A stretch of DNA of 64,000 nucleotides. Origin: Adineta vaga. Taxonomy: Eukaryota > Animalia > Rotifera. How positions within the stretch are numbered: position 1 is the first letter of the stretch; each line of letters starts with the position of its first letter. Position numbers and translations under genes: made by a program. Of this stretch, positions 49,114 to 60,158 are shown piece by piece. The stretch lies in the NCBI GenBank assembly GCA_021613535.1, contig CP075494.1:2914001-2978000 (forward strand), written 5' to 3'. The notes beneath the pieces are model-generated. The model ran no database searches and had not been told where the DNA came from. It was given only the letters and a program-made list of their open reading frames with translations.

Positions 49114-50103
49114 TTGAATATCTTTAGAAAATTTTATTTATTTTTAATCTTTATTGGAATATTATTAATTCTCAATCTTTATAAACTACAACGAATTTCA
49201 TCGATTAAAACTTCAAACAAGAAATTAAGTCGATGGAAAAAAGATCGTCTAGTAATCATTCCAGCAATTTATAAAGAAATCGATTGGTTAAATCATACGA
49301 AATGGCCATCCTGGTTACGTTATGGACTTGATTTATTTAATAAAAATCGCAAAAGATCGTATGATGTTTATTTATATCAACGATTAGATCCCAATTCGAA
49401 TTCACCATTCAATTGGCCATATTGTAAGAATGTTCACGAAGAATCAGGTGTTTATTTAAAATTTATATATGATTTTTATCATGATTTACCTGATAAAATG
49501 TTATTTATTCATGCAGAACCATTTAAACATTCATTTACTCCTATTGAAGCAGCACATTGTATTCGTGATGATGTTTATTATACAACAATCAATGATCTTT
49601 GGATTCAAAATCGTCCATGGGTATCGAAACTTCGTGATCCAATTGATAATCATACATTAATTTATAATTGTGCAAAATATATCTTGAGTTTATTTGGATT
49701 TGATGGTGATTCTCAATTAAATCCACATAATATTCAACCAAAAGAACATAGTCTCATTTCAGCAATGTGTTGTGCACAATTTTATGTACGAAAAGAACGT
49801 ATTTTACATTATACATATGAACAATGGTCATCAGTTTATAATGCAAGTCTTCAACCATATTGTACATCACCATTAGATCAAGAACTACCTGGTGGTGTTG
49901 GAATGAAATGGTTTGGTGGAAGTTTAGAATTCCTGTGGCATGTTATACTTGGTCTTTATCCAACTTATATGTTACCACCAAAAGAAAGAACGACAACGGA
50001 TTTATGTCATTCTTTTCGTTCATCTTGTAGCGGTTCTTTATGTCGAAAAATACCGCTTCGATTTCTTATTCATGAACTTCCGAATTCAAATAAATCAGAT
50101 TAA
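49114..50103 (+). CDS. DUF3431-like type-II membrane protein (start codon unresolved)
   Basis: N-terminal TM; EESGVYLKFIYDFYHDLPDKMLFIHA, CCAQFYV and LEFLWHVILG. Confidence 0.75.
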   Translation: MNIFRKFYLFLIFIGILLILNLYKLQRISSIKTSNKKLSRWKKDRLVIIPAIYKEIDWLNHTKWPSWLRYGLDLFNKNRKRSYDVYLYQRLDPNSNSPFNWPYCKNVHEESGVYLKFIYDFYHDLPDKMLFIHAEPFKHSFTPIEAAHCIRDDVYYTTINDLWIQNRPWVSKLRDPIDNHTLIYNCAKYILSLFGFDGDSQLNPHNIQPKEHSLISAMCCAQFYVRKERILHYTYEQWSSVYNASLQPYCTSPLDQELPGGVGMKWFGGSLEFLWHVILGLYPTYMLPPKERTTTDLCHSFRSSCSGSLCRKIPLRFLIHELPNSNKSD

Positions 50104-50272
50104 TTTTCTTGAAAGTACGAATAAGCAAAGAAATCTGTTCGTTGTTAATAGTGTAAAACTCGAAAATTGATTTGATCTATTCTCAATAGACTTCTGTCCT
50201 CATCCACATATTTATTCGTAATCAAATTAGTAATTGAAGATCAGAGATGAATAAAGATAAAAGTCAACGACA

Positions 50273-51211
50273 TTATCTCATGTTAGTAAAACAATAAGAA
50301 TATAATCTCTGTAAGATTTGCATTGTTTGTTGACGAAAAGATTTAGAAACAATGAAATAAACATAAAAAATCGTCGTTTGAGGAATATGTCTAATAAGAT
50401 AAAATAAACTGAATAGAAATTGTTCAAGATTATTTGTTGGATATTCTGTCAATTGTACATAAATATTAAAAGTAAGTATGATCGATGAACAAAACACATA
50501 AATTAAGATTTCAATAACAAGTATCTTAGCCATTTGACGATTTCGTTTTGGTTTATGAATATTTGTACATATTGAACCAGTAGCAACAACAGGATGAATA
50601 CGTGTTCGATATAAATTTCTCAATGTTAAAGTACCAAATATACTCAAAAAAATTAATGGACAAATTGAATTAAATATAAGTGAATTAAAAGTAGCAAATT
50701 TTCGATAATTCTCTTGTTTATAATAACACATTGAGAAACCCGGGAAAAGCTCATAAAAATCAGCAAAAATAATTATTTGAATATAATATAAAAGAATAAG
50801 AGTTGTAACGACAGTAATAGATATATAAGCCAAACGATGTGTACTACGTTGTCGTATCAATGCATTTGATGAAGTAAATAATGTACGATCCATTGAAGCT
50901 AAGACAAGATAATATGAAGATAAAACAATTGAGATTGTTCGAATATAATAATAGATTTTACAATTTATTATACCAAGAGTTGTTAAATCGATGGAGAAAA
51001 AATGAGTTAATAATGCTTGAAATAAATTTGTATATAAAACGATTAGATTGATGAAATTAAATACAAAAAGATAAATTGAACCAGGATTTTTTCGCATTGA
51101 TTTTTGAATAAATATAAAACAATTTAGAATACCACCAATAGTACCTAAACATAGTAGTGTAGGACCAACTATATCATATAAATGATGAATAATATTTGTA
51201 TAAGAACTCAT
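50273..51211 (-). CDS. Rhodopsin-like 7TM GPCR
   Basis: Seven TM segments, CK in TM3, MDR motif, SKSFRQ helix 8. Confidence 0.85.
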   Translation of the reverse strand: MSSYTNIIHHLYDIVGPTLLCLGTIGGILNCFIFIQKSMRKNPGSIYLFVFNFINLIVLYTNLFQALLTHFFSIDLTTLGIINCKIYYYIRTISIVLSSYYLVLASMDRTLFTSSNALIRQRSTHRLAYISITVVTTLILLYYIQIIIFADFYELFPGFSMCYYKQENYRKFATFNSLIFNSICPLIFLSIFGTLTLRNLYRTRIHPVVATGSICTNIHKPKRNRQMAKILVIEILIYVFCSSIILTFNIYVQLTEYPTNNLEQFLFSLFYLIRHIPQTTIFYVYFIVSKSFRQQTMQILQRLYSYCFTNMR

Positions 51212-51684
51212 TAGATTAAATATTACTATAATAAAATGAGATAAATGTAGGATATAAAAAAATAAGTTTAGATGTATGTAAAGATCAGATGATTATGCAT
51301 CGTTTAACAAAGTTATTTAATTCTTTTTATAATTAATTATCAAAAATACTCATGAGATAAACGAACAAAAACTCGACTAAGTATCTTTTCCTTTTCTTTC
51401 TTTATTATTCTCTATCTACACATAATACAGTCGAGCCACTCCTGCATGCACATCATCAACACTTAGGAAAATATCCACTTTACGGAGATGCTCATTATCG
51501 AAACGTTTTCATTATTTTTCTCTCATTCTATTGTACGACTATACAAAGCTCCTTTTTTTATTTCCGACATTCTAATCAAAGTAAAATTAGCTTTTTATAA
51601 AATAATCATGAAGAATTCTTTTAGATTCGACATCACTTATAACTTGATTAATTTAAGAACATTTTGTAATTAAAAACGATGTTA

Positions 51685-52995
51685 TCAAAATGAATCAAGT
51701 CGAAAACGTAAAGTTTCCCAAGCTGCATTATCTGCTATTGATGTTGGTGGATTTGTTCTATCTGGAGTATTTAATTTGATCTATTGAAAATAAATAATAA
51801 ATATTAAAAAAAATTATTTTTAAGATAAAAATATAACCTGTTGAAGAGTATATGGCATTGATAAACCCTTGATCGAAACATAATGAGCATAAGGAAGTTC
51901 CCAAATTGGACGCCATTGACCACGAGTAAGATTTGAAATAGTTGGCCAAGGTCCATTGACGAGAAAAGCATCACAACGATAGAAACTCTCATTATAATTG
52001 ACTGAATAACCAAGATTATATTGTGCAGTATATTCATAACCGATTAATAATCTATTATCAACAAGTGAAAATAAATCATCTTCTTGATTCCAACACATTT
52101 GAAAAGCTTCTCCTAAATTTCCAAGACCAAGTTGAGTATGAGCTTGATCTCTACCAGATTCTGATGATTGACCTTCAGAATTTATTGTACCAGTCAAATT
52201 TGCACATGAAGAATTGTTAATTAAACTTTTTCCATAATCATACATTGTTTCATTATTAAGAAAAATTCCAAAAGCAATAATAGCTTTTTCTCCTGCAGTA
52301 CCCCAATTAGCTTCACTAAAAATAACTATTCACTTTTATCAATTAAGATTCATTTTCTTACAATGGATATTTTTGATCAGAAGAAGGAATAGTTTGACTA
52401 GCTGGTGGATAGAATATATTTACGATCATATTTTCAAATTTTGACATATTAATAGAAGACCATCCAGAATATGTATAACGTAGAATTTCAGCAGCATTGA
52501 TTAATTGTGTACCTGACAATGCAGCTGCAAGTTGTGCATCTGAACCTAAAAGAATAATTTATTTTAGTTTAAACGTATAATAATCTGAATACCATTGATA
52601 ATAATTAATGTATTTGTCCATTCTTCTAATATTTTATTTGCTAATCTTGCATAAGAATCATTATTAGTAATTGAATACATTAATGTTAATTGTAATGCTG
52701 CGATAGAATCATGTGCAAGATGACTATTACCAATATTTGTTTTAGAACTACTTTTATCACGTGTAACTATTGCATCAGGACCTTGTATTGAATAGGTAAG
52801 TAATGAATGATTATCGACTGCAAAAAGTTGAAATGCTGAATACCAAGGCTCTCTTTTGGCAGTAACCATCGATTTCATACGTTGTAAATCAGTTGCTGTA
52901 TGTAATAATCCGGGATGCACAAATTTCTTCTGTGTTTCAATTTTTTCAATGATTAACAAACTCAACAATAAAATATTTATAATTATTTTCTTCAT
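51685..52995 (-). CDS. Secreted alginate-lyase-like protein, multi-exon
   Basis: Signal peptide; FVHPGLLHT, NWGTAG and GQSSESGRDQAHTQLG motifs; three short introns. Confidence 0.8.
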
Positions 52996-53679
52996 TACAC
53001 GACGAATATTAAAGTATCATGATATAGTTAACAGCGAATATAAATATATTCTCTACAAATTATCAATGTGCTTGAATATATAAGATAAGATAAAGACTGC
53101 TAGTTAACAAAAACGAATCCTAGTCGAGAATGTTGGTCCTCGCTTTCCTTCTCATTAGTGACATATCATCTTTCTATATCTATCATAGATAGTTTGACTT
53201 TTTAAATAACTTTTTGACTAAATTACATACGAGATAAATTTCATCTAATATGTGATCATAATTAATATAGTAGAATTACAATAGTTAGATGAAATAACCC
53301 TCAAAACAAGATCAAGATTCGAAATATAATGCGCTTTATTCAATTGCTAGTACTTGAAATCATGAAACCATTGAAAATTGAATCTCTTCTTATTTTAAAC
53401 ATCTTTTCTTCTCACAATGATTATTTAATTATGGCGTGATATACGAAAGCCATTGATTATAAACAAAATATTTCGTCTGTACAAGAATCCATGAGATTGT
53501 TATTTATTTTCATTATAAATAAGAAAGAAATCTTAAAAGTGAAGGACGGATGATTATATTTGTATTTAAATATAGATATTTGCTTGATCAGACGAAATTA
53601 CTTTTGGAAAAAAGTTTTGTCGACGAAATCTTGTTTCGTATGAATAAATTCATTTGAACTAAGCAAGACCAACGAAAAG

Positions 53680-56368
53680 ATGATTTTCATTACTTTTCTA
53701 TCAATTTTATTCGGTATAGTCAATGGTCTCCATTTTAATGGTGGAACAATAACATGGGCACCTGTAAATCCATATGATAATTCAAGTTCTGTTATCATTA
53801 CAATAACACAATCATATTCGTGGAGTTATCCAACAATATCATGTTTGTCTGATGTTCCAATTAGTACGAGTGGATGGAGTGGAGTAAATGATAATTTAAC
53901 TTGTGTTGTCGATTGTACGACAGATGGTAACTATTCTGCTCATCCAATTGATATTTTAACGGATTGTACGTCATCGAGTACGTCATTAGGTATGATGACA
54001 AGTCAACGATCTGTTAATGTTACATTATTGGCTGATGCACATTTTTCAGTAGCTTATCAAGGAGTAGCTTGGCGTGCTTTAGGTTATCCAGCAGTAGGCG
54101 GTCTCGACTGGTCAATTTTATGTTCAATTGATCTACAAAAACGACCTGACGGTTTTATTAATACACCGCCCGTGACGAGTATTGTTTCTCCACAATACGC
54201 TATTGTTAATCAAACAACACAAATTAAAATTCCTGTATCAGATGTTAATCCAACTGATGATATACGTTGTCGATGGTCAATTTTTCAACAAGGATATCGT
54301 CGAAGACGATCTTATGAATCTGATAATGAAAATCTGTTTCATTCTCCACATGATATATATAAAAAAGTTGGTGATGACGAAGAAAACTATATTCGTTTCA
54401 GAGTCAAAAGAGCAGGCACAGCTCCCACAGGTGGTACATCTCCGACAGCTCCTACAGGTGGCACATCTCCGACAGCTCCCACAGGTGGTACATCTCCGAC
54501 AGCTCCTACAGGTGGCACATCTCCGACAGCTCCCACAGGTGGTACATCTCCGACAGCTCCTACAGGTGGCACATCTCCGACAGCTCCCACAGGTGGCACA
54601 TATGCTACTGCAACTGGAACAAAGATAACAACAATTACAACAATTACAACAATAACTACAACAACAACAACGACTACTACAACTATCACAAAAACAACAC
54701 GAACAACTGTAACAACAACGACAGATTTAAGTACAAGTGAAACACAAGGGACTAAAAAATCAACTTCATCATTTATTCATCGGCAAGCGATTGATGAATG
54801 TGGTGGAATCTGCAATACAACTGTTGCACCTGATGATACAACACTATCAAATTGTACACTAACATTTACAGGACTTGTTCCTGGTGCTTGGTATGCCATC
54901 GCAATTCAGGTTAGAAATCTTAAGAATGATCTAACACAAATTTTGTTTGTATATAGATTGAAGATTTTATCAATTCGACAAGTACTAAACCAATGAGTTC
55001 AGTGCCAGTTCAAATATTAATTCATATTCTTCCAACACCATTATGTTCAGTACTACCTACTTTCAGTCCGTTAGCGGATTGTCTGGATGTTCAGGTAAAT
55101 GTTCCAGTTACATTTAATTTATATGTTAATAATTCATGTGATCCATCTGATTCAAATATTACTGATATTATCGTAACAAAAGCAATCTCAGGTTTGACAT
55201 TAGGTCCTTTAAATTTATCGCCCAGTGGTTATTTTGTTTTTGTCACTCTCACTTGGACACCACAATCAAATCAAATCGGATCACAAGAACTTTGCACAAT
55301 TGCTTTTACAAGGTCTCAAATCATATTTTGTTTTTCTAAGAATCATCTTTTATGTAAAATATAGTGAACGTGCCCAATCTAATGAATATTGTATAACATT
55401 TAATGTTCAAACAGCTCCAGCTTGTACAACAACAACATCGACTTCTACATCAACTTCAACAACCATGTAAGAGTACATATACAATCTACATGTCTTCTGA
55501 TTTCATACATATAGTACAACAGTAACAACATCAACAGCAACAACATCAACAGCAACAACATCAACAGCAACAACATCAACAGCAACAACATCAACAGCAA
55601 CAACATCAACAGCAACAACAACAACTAAACCTGCAAGTAAGTTTTATAAAAAAAAAATCATTATTAATATTTATCTATTGAATTAGGTAAAAAAATCGAT
55701 TGGTTATTACTTTTAACTTCATCCTTATTGGCTCTATTACTGCTTTTATGTTGGTGTTGTTGTTTACGTTACTGGCTATGGTAAGTTTTTGAACGTTGTC
55801 ATCAATAGTTTCTAAATGCGAAGCATTGATTTAATTTTATGTATTTCAGTGGTCCTGGTGCGAGACGTCGTAGACAAAAATATGCAAAGGAAGAAGAAGA
55901 ACGAAAAATGCAATATATATTGTTAAAAAGTAAGAATAGTGTAGTGTTTATTTTCGACAATCTAACTTAGATTCACGAAATTTAGATGATACATCTCGTA
56001 CATCAATGAATACGGTTGATAGTCGAATAACATTGGATAAAACTCCACATATTGAAAAAGATATGAATGAAACTCGAATCAATAGATGGAATAAACCCAT
56101 AAAAATTGGAATTGCCAATATCAAAGCACGAGTTCAAAATAAACATCATAGTGAAAATCAAGATAATCAATATTCCTCTACTACTGTTACTAAAGTGAAG
56201 AAAGAAACAGGTAGTTCACAAAACAATCATCAACAAAATTCTACAGTACGTTGGTCAAAGTCAACTCACGATCCTTCAGTCACTCTGTCATTACCAACAC
56301 ATCAGAAATCTAATTTAAATCAAAATGTGGTTGTTAAAAAACTCTCGAGATCATCTCTACAAACATAA
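53680..56368 (+). CDS. Type-I membrane protein (HFNGGTITW family) with furin sites, mucin-like repeats, TM and a Cys-rich juxtamembrane segment; multi-exon
   Basis: Signal peptide; RRRR and RVKR sites; Thr-rich tracts; TM exon at ~55690-55780. Confidence 0.75.
54418..54600 (+). repeat. 27-bp coding tandem repeat (TAPTGGTSP, about 7 copies)
   Basis: ACAGCTCC(C/T)ACAGGTGG(T/C)ACATCTCCG with alternating variants. Confidence 0.95.
55528..55620 (+). repeat. 15-bp coding tandem repeat (TSTAT, about 6 copies)
   Basis: ACATCAACAGCAACA repeated. Confidence 0.9.
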
Positions 56369-56518
56369 GAAGAAACTTAACTATTATTGGAACATTTTAT
56401 TGAATTTTCGATTTACTTCTCTCTGTTTTTTTTATTAGTTGTGGATTGAAATTGTAATCGTATAAAAATGTTCGCTCTTTTTTCCTTCACAATAACCTTT
56501 ATTTATAAAAATATAAAA

Positions 56519-57346
56519 CTACACCCACGAACCATTAACACACATGGTGTCGGACTTACGTAATGCCGATTCTTCATATATTGTACATACTATTTCTTCA
56601 GGCTCAGCAGGACACCATACTCTTATGCCACTTAAATAGCATGGACGTAAGGGAAAAGTCCAATATTTCGGACTCGATTTCCATTTATCATGAGCATCGA
56701 TTCCGGTGAGCATAGGTGTTTTCTCAGTTGTATTATTTGATTGATCAGGATGGTAATCATAAATAGGCCAAATATCAACATATAGACGATCTTGTTGATT
56801 GACGAATCGTGCATTGGGTGTGATGAAATTAATGCCCTGCGATGGATAATACGATCGATTTTCCCATTTGACTATGAACCATTGAGGATGTATAACAAGT
56901 TTATAGATATTCGAATCAACAAACCAGGATAAATTCTCAGCTAATCTTACGAGTTGAATTGTATTTTGTCCCATTATTAGAATATCAACATCACGATCAT
57001 GAGGTAAAAGACCACGTCTTTGAACATAACCTACCAATGTACCGTAAGCTATCCAATATTGAATATGAAATTGACGCGCTAAACGAGTCCATGTTTGAAG
57101 AGTGACAAGAAGAGCACGCTGACGAGCACGATCTGTTGGAGTACAAATAGGAATATTTAGTAAAGCACTTTCGATCGGATCACTGTAGTTAAATGGTAGA
57201 GTTATATAGGAATGAAAAGAATAATAATGATTATAAAATAGAATTCCGATCATGAATGAGACGATCGATATGCAGCAGAGAAATTGATGTGAAGTAACGA
57301 CGATACTATGTTTTGAATTTTGAGTAATTTTGGCAAATATTTTCAT
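56519..57346 (-). CDS. LicD/fukutin-family nucleotidyltransferase-fold protein
   Basis: N-terminal TM; YWIAYGTLVGYV...LLPHDRDVDI; VDIW. Confidence 0.88.
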   Translation of the reverse strand: MKIFAKITQNSKHSIVVTSHQFLCCISIVSFMIGILFYNHYYSFHSYITLPFNYSDPIESALLNIPICTPTDRARQRALLVTLQTWTRLARQFHIQYWIAYGTLVGYVQRRGLLPHDRDVDILIMGQNTIQLVRLAENLSWFVDSNIYKLVIHPQWFIVKWENRSYYPSQGINFITPNARFVNQQDRLYVDIWPIYDYHPDQSNNTTEKTPMLTGIDAHDKWKSSPKYWTFPLRPCYLSGIRVWCPAEPEEIVCTIYEESALRKSDTMCVNGSWV

Positions 57347-57592
57347 TGTTGATCTACTCTAATGCTAGTGATACGATCTATACGACTTATTAGACAGTAA
57401 AGTTCGTAGAAAGAGATGCCGCAAAAAAAAATTCAATCTTTCTTTCTTCATTCTTTGCCCGTGCACGATTGAAATTGATAGAGGAAGCCCATGTATTTTA
57501 AGTAAATAGAAATACAAACAGTTTTTTTTTTCTCTTTATTCTTTACTTGTCTAGATATCCTTCTGAAATAATTATAAATCTTATGTAGAAAA

Positions 57593-58654
57593 ATGAAAAC
57601 GTTCTCTCTAGTACTTCGGAGACAAATGAGAATTCTTCGGTATTGGCAATTTCGTAAAACTTATTCTTTCTCTGTTTTTCGTCTTCTTCTTTGCATTGTT
57701 ATCATTTTAATTGTAATTCATATTAAAATCGATCTATGTTATCGTTCTCCAGCTGCTTCTCTTCTCATCTTATTATCAACATCTGCCAATAACTCATTGA
57801 ATCGCACAGATGAACAATTATCAATCGATCATCTTTGGCTTTGGTGTCAAGAACTTCAATCTCATCTTGATGCTGAGAAAACAATACCGAATTCACCGCA
57901 AATTCATTCTCCTTCAAGAATTAATCATCGATTTCCACATTTACCATATCGTTATTCTAATTGGAAATCATCATCTCTTCTACATCGTCGATTTACTCCA
58001 TGTGAACATTACATCGCTATGCGTCTTCTAATGGTTATTGAAAAAATCTGTCATGAACATGGTTTGACATTCGCAATAGCCGATGGAACACTATTAGGTT
58101 CATGGCGTCATCATGATATTATTCCTTGGGATGATGATATCGATCTAATGATGCCCATCGAAGATCAATTAAATTTTCTTCAAGCACTCGAACAATACAA
58201 AGATACTGTTCTTCAATATTATCTATTAGAATATCCTCGAAATAATCTTCCCTATGCAAAAATATTCTTTCAATACAAACCATTTCTTGTTCAAACGACA
58301 TGGACTTTTCCATTTGTTGATATTTTCTTTTATTTAACAAATAAAACTCATCTTTGGTATAGTAATGATCCTGATATCAACATGGAGCTCAAACATGTCT
58401 TTCCACTTATGATGCGTCCTCTTGGAAGTTTATGGTTACCTGCTCCTCGTCAACCACAATATCGATTTGATTTTGATGCTGAAAAAGAATGTAATAGTCA
58501 TTGGCATGATCATCGAAAAGAAAGAAGTCAACCTTATATAAAACGTAATTGTAGCGAACTAATCGATATTTATCCATTCGTTGAACGAACCAAATCAATC
58601 GAAATCTTAAAACTAAATCAAACTATTATTCAAACGATTATTTATTCATTATGA
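57593..58654 (+). CDS. LicD/fukutin-family nucleotidyltransferase-fold protein
   Basis: N-terminal TM; GTLLGSWRHHDIIPWDDDIDL; FPFVDIF. Confidence 0.9.
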   Translation: MKTFSLVLRRQMRILRYWQFRKTYSFSVFRLLLCIVIILIVIHIKIDLCYRSPAASLLILLSTSANNSLNRTDEQLSIDHLWLWCQELQSHLDAEKTIPNSPQIHSPSRINHRFPHLPYRYSNWKSSSLLHRRFTPCEHYIAMRLLMVIEKICHEHGLTFAIADGTLLGSWRHHDIIPWDDDIDLMMPIEDQLNFLQALEQYKDTVLQYYLLEYPRNNLPYAKIFFQYKPFLVQTTWTFPFVDIFFYLTNKTHLWYSNDPDINMELKHVFPLMMRPLGSLWLPAPRQPQYRFDFDAEKECNSHWHDHRKERSQPYIKRNCSELIDIYPFVERTKSIEILKLNQTIIQTIIYSL

Positions 58655-58693
58655 TCAAATATTTCTTTATAATAAAATAAAATGATGAAAATT

Positions 58694-59449
58694 TTACGAT
58701 CGATCTAAATCAAATCTTTGTATTCTTGAATTGGCAGTATCAACAACATAAATATTTCGTTGACTATCAAAAGCTAAACTTCTTGGACCATTAAATTCAT
58801 TTGATCTTGATCCACTTCGATTTCTTCGAATAACAATTTCACCATATGAATTTCCTTTTGACCAACGTACAGTTCGATGATTATTTCTATCAGCAATGTA
58901 AAGATGAGCATGATCATCTAAAATAATTCCCATGGGAAAATCTAATTCTGTATAATGATTTCCTTGATCATTTCCACCAGCAACAAATTCACCCTTTTTC
59001 TCACCTAATTTCCATCGTATAATTCGATCATTTCAATTATCAACAATATAAATACTTTCAGGAAAACTAAGTTGATCTAATGTATTTCCTTGCATTCCAC
59101 TCACTCCAGCAATCGTAAATCCGTCTCTTTTCCATTTATACTTCGTTGTTAGATTGAATTGTGATATGAATTCTAAAATCAAATCTTAAATGAAGTATTT
59201 TACTTGAAATTTACCTTCATTTTTTGTTGTTGAAATCGTAATCATTGTTGTTAAATGAAAATTGGTTTGATTTTTTGTTAGAATAATTACGACTATAAGA
59301 ATAACAAATAGAAGACAAAGATAATTTTTCTTTTGAATTGTTGTTGATGACTAAAATAATTCATTTGAAAAGAAATGTTTCTTTTCTATTCAAACAATTC
59401 TTACAATGTCATTCAGATTAACAACTCTATTCTTTTCCAAATTCACCAT
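58694..59449 (-). pseudogene. NHL-repeat membrane protein pseudogene
   Basis: NHL repeats (LYIADRNNHRTVRW; IYVVDTANSRIQRF) with an in-frame TGA at ~59033 (IVDN*NDRI). Confidence 0.65.
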
Positions 59450-59463
59450 TCTGCTTATCCAAT

Positions 59464-59846
59464 TCTTGAGGGTGTGGGTGTGGGCCTTGTTGTTGAGTGA
59501 AACTGTGGGTGGGGGTGTAGAGCAGGGTGTTGGCTTGAAATTGATTTCATGAAAAAAAAGTTAACATTCTGTTTTCGAAGGTAGATACATATTTGAACAA
59601 TGAGATGAAAGCCGTTTTCTCGCATCTTAAGTTTCCAGATTAACTCATCTCACTATTGAGTGAAGCTGAAAATACCTGTCCTCCACAGTCGAGGGTTAAG
59701 TGAGTCGGCCCGACCAGCGTTACTTGTGATAAATGAAAAAATAAAGGAGTAGAACCTATCAAATAGTCTCCTGATCAGTATCACTTTAGATGAAAATTAA
59801 TCATCAGCAACTAAGTTATATCATAAGTTATTAAACACTCTCAAGA
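59464..59846. mobile_element. ~383-bp MITE-like element bounded by the palindrome-family termini
   Basis: TCTTGAGGGTGT at 59464 and ACACTCTCAAGA at 59835-59846 (one mismatch). Confidence 0.4.
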
Positions 59847-60158
59847 TGATTTTTCTGTACTGAAAGAGCTTTTTTCTTTTGAAAATTATAATGAAATATT
59901 ATTCCAATTTTGAAAATAGAAAAGGTTTCGTTAATTTTATTATGCCTTTTTTATCAACGATCTTGATCTAGTTTTATTTACATATATACTTTGTTCTTTA
60001 TTCATCAATGAATAATTCCCATAGAAATGACAAATCAAATTAATCGATTTTTAAGGTTTTATTTGGAATTCTACTTTCAATATATTTCATTTTCATTTCG
60101 AATATATCAGACAATAATACATTTATTCTAAACTAATTCTATAAGAAAAATACGTGAA

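Noticed and set aside
44905-52995. Bacterial contamination or operon
   Set aside because: The genes carry spliceosomal introns, match the host AT content and are interleaved with an animal GPCR.
54182-54689. Alternative-frame ORFs (QLPQVVHLR and VPPVGAVGD repeats)
   Set aside because: Shadows of the 27-bp coding repeat.
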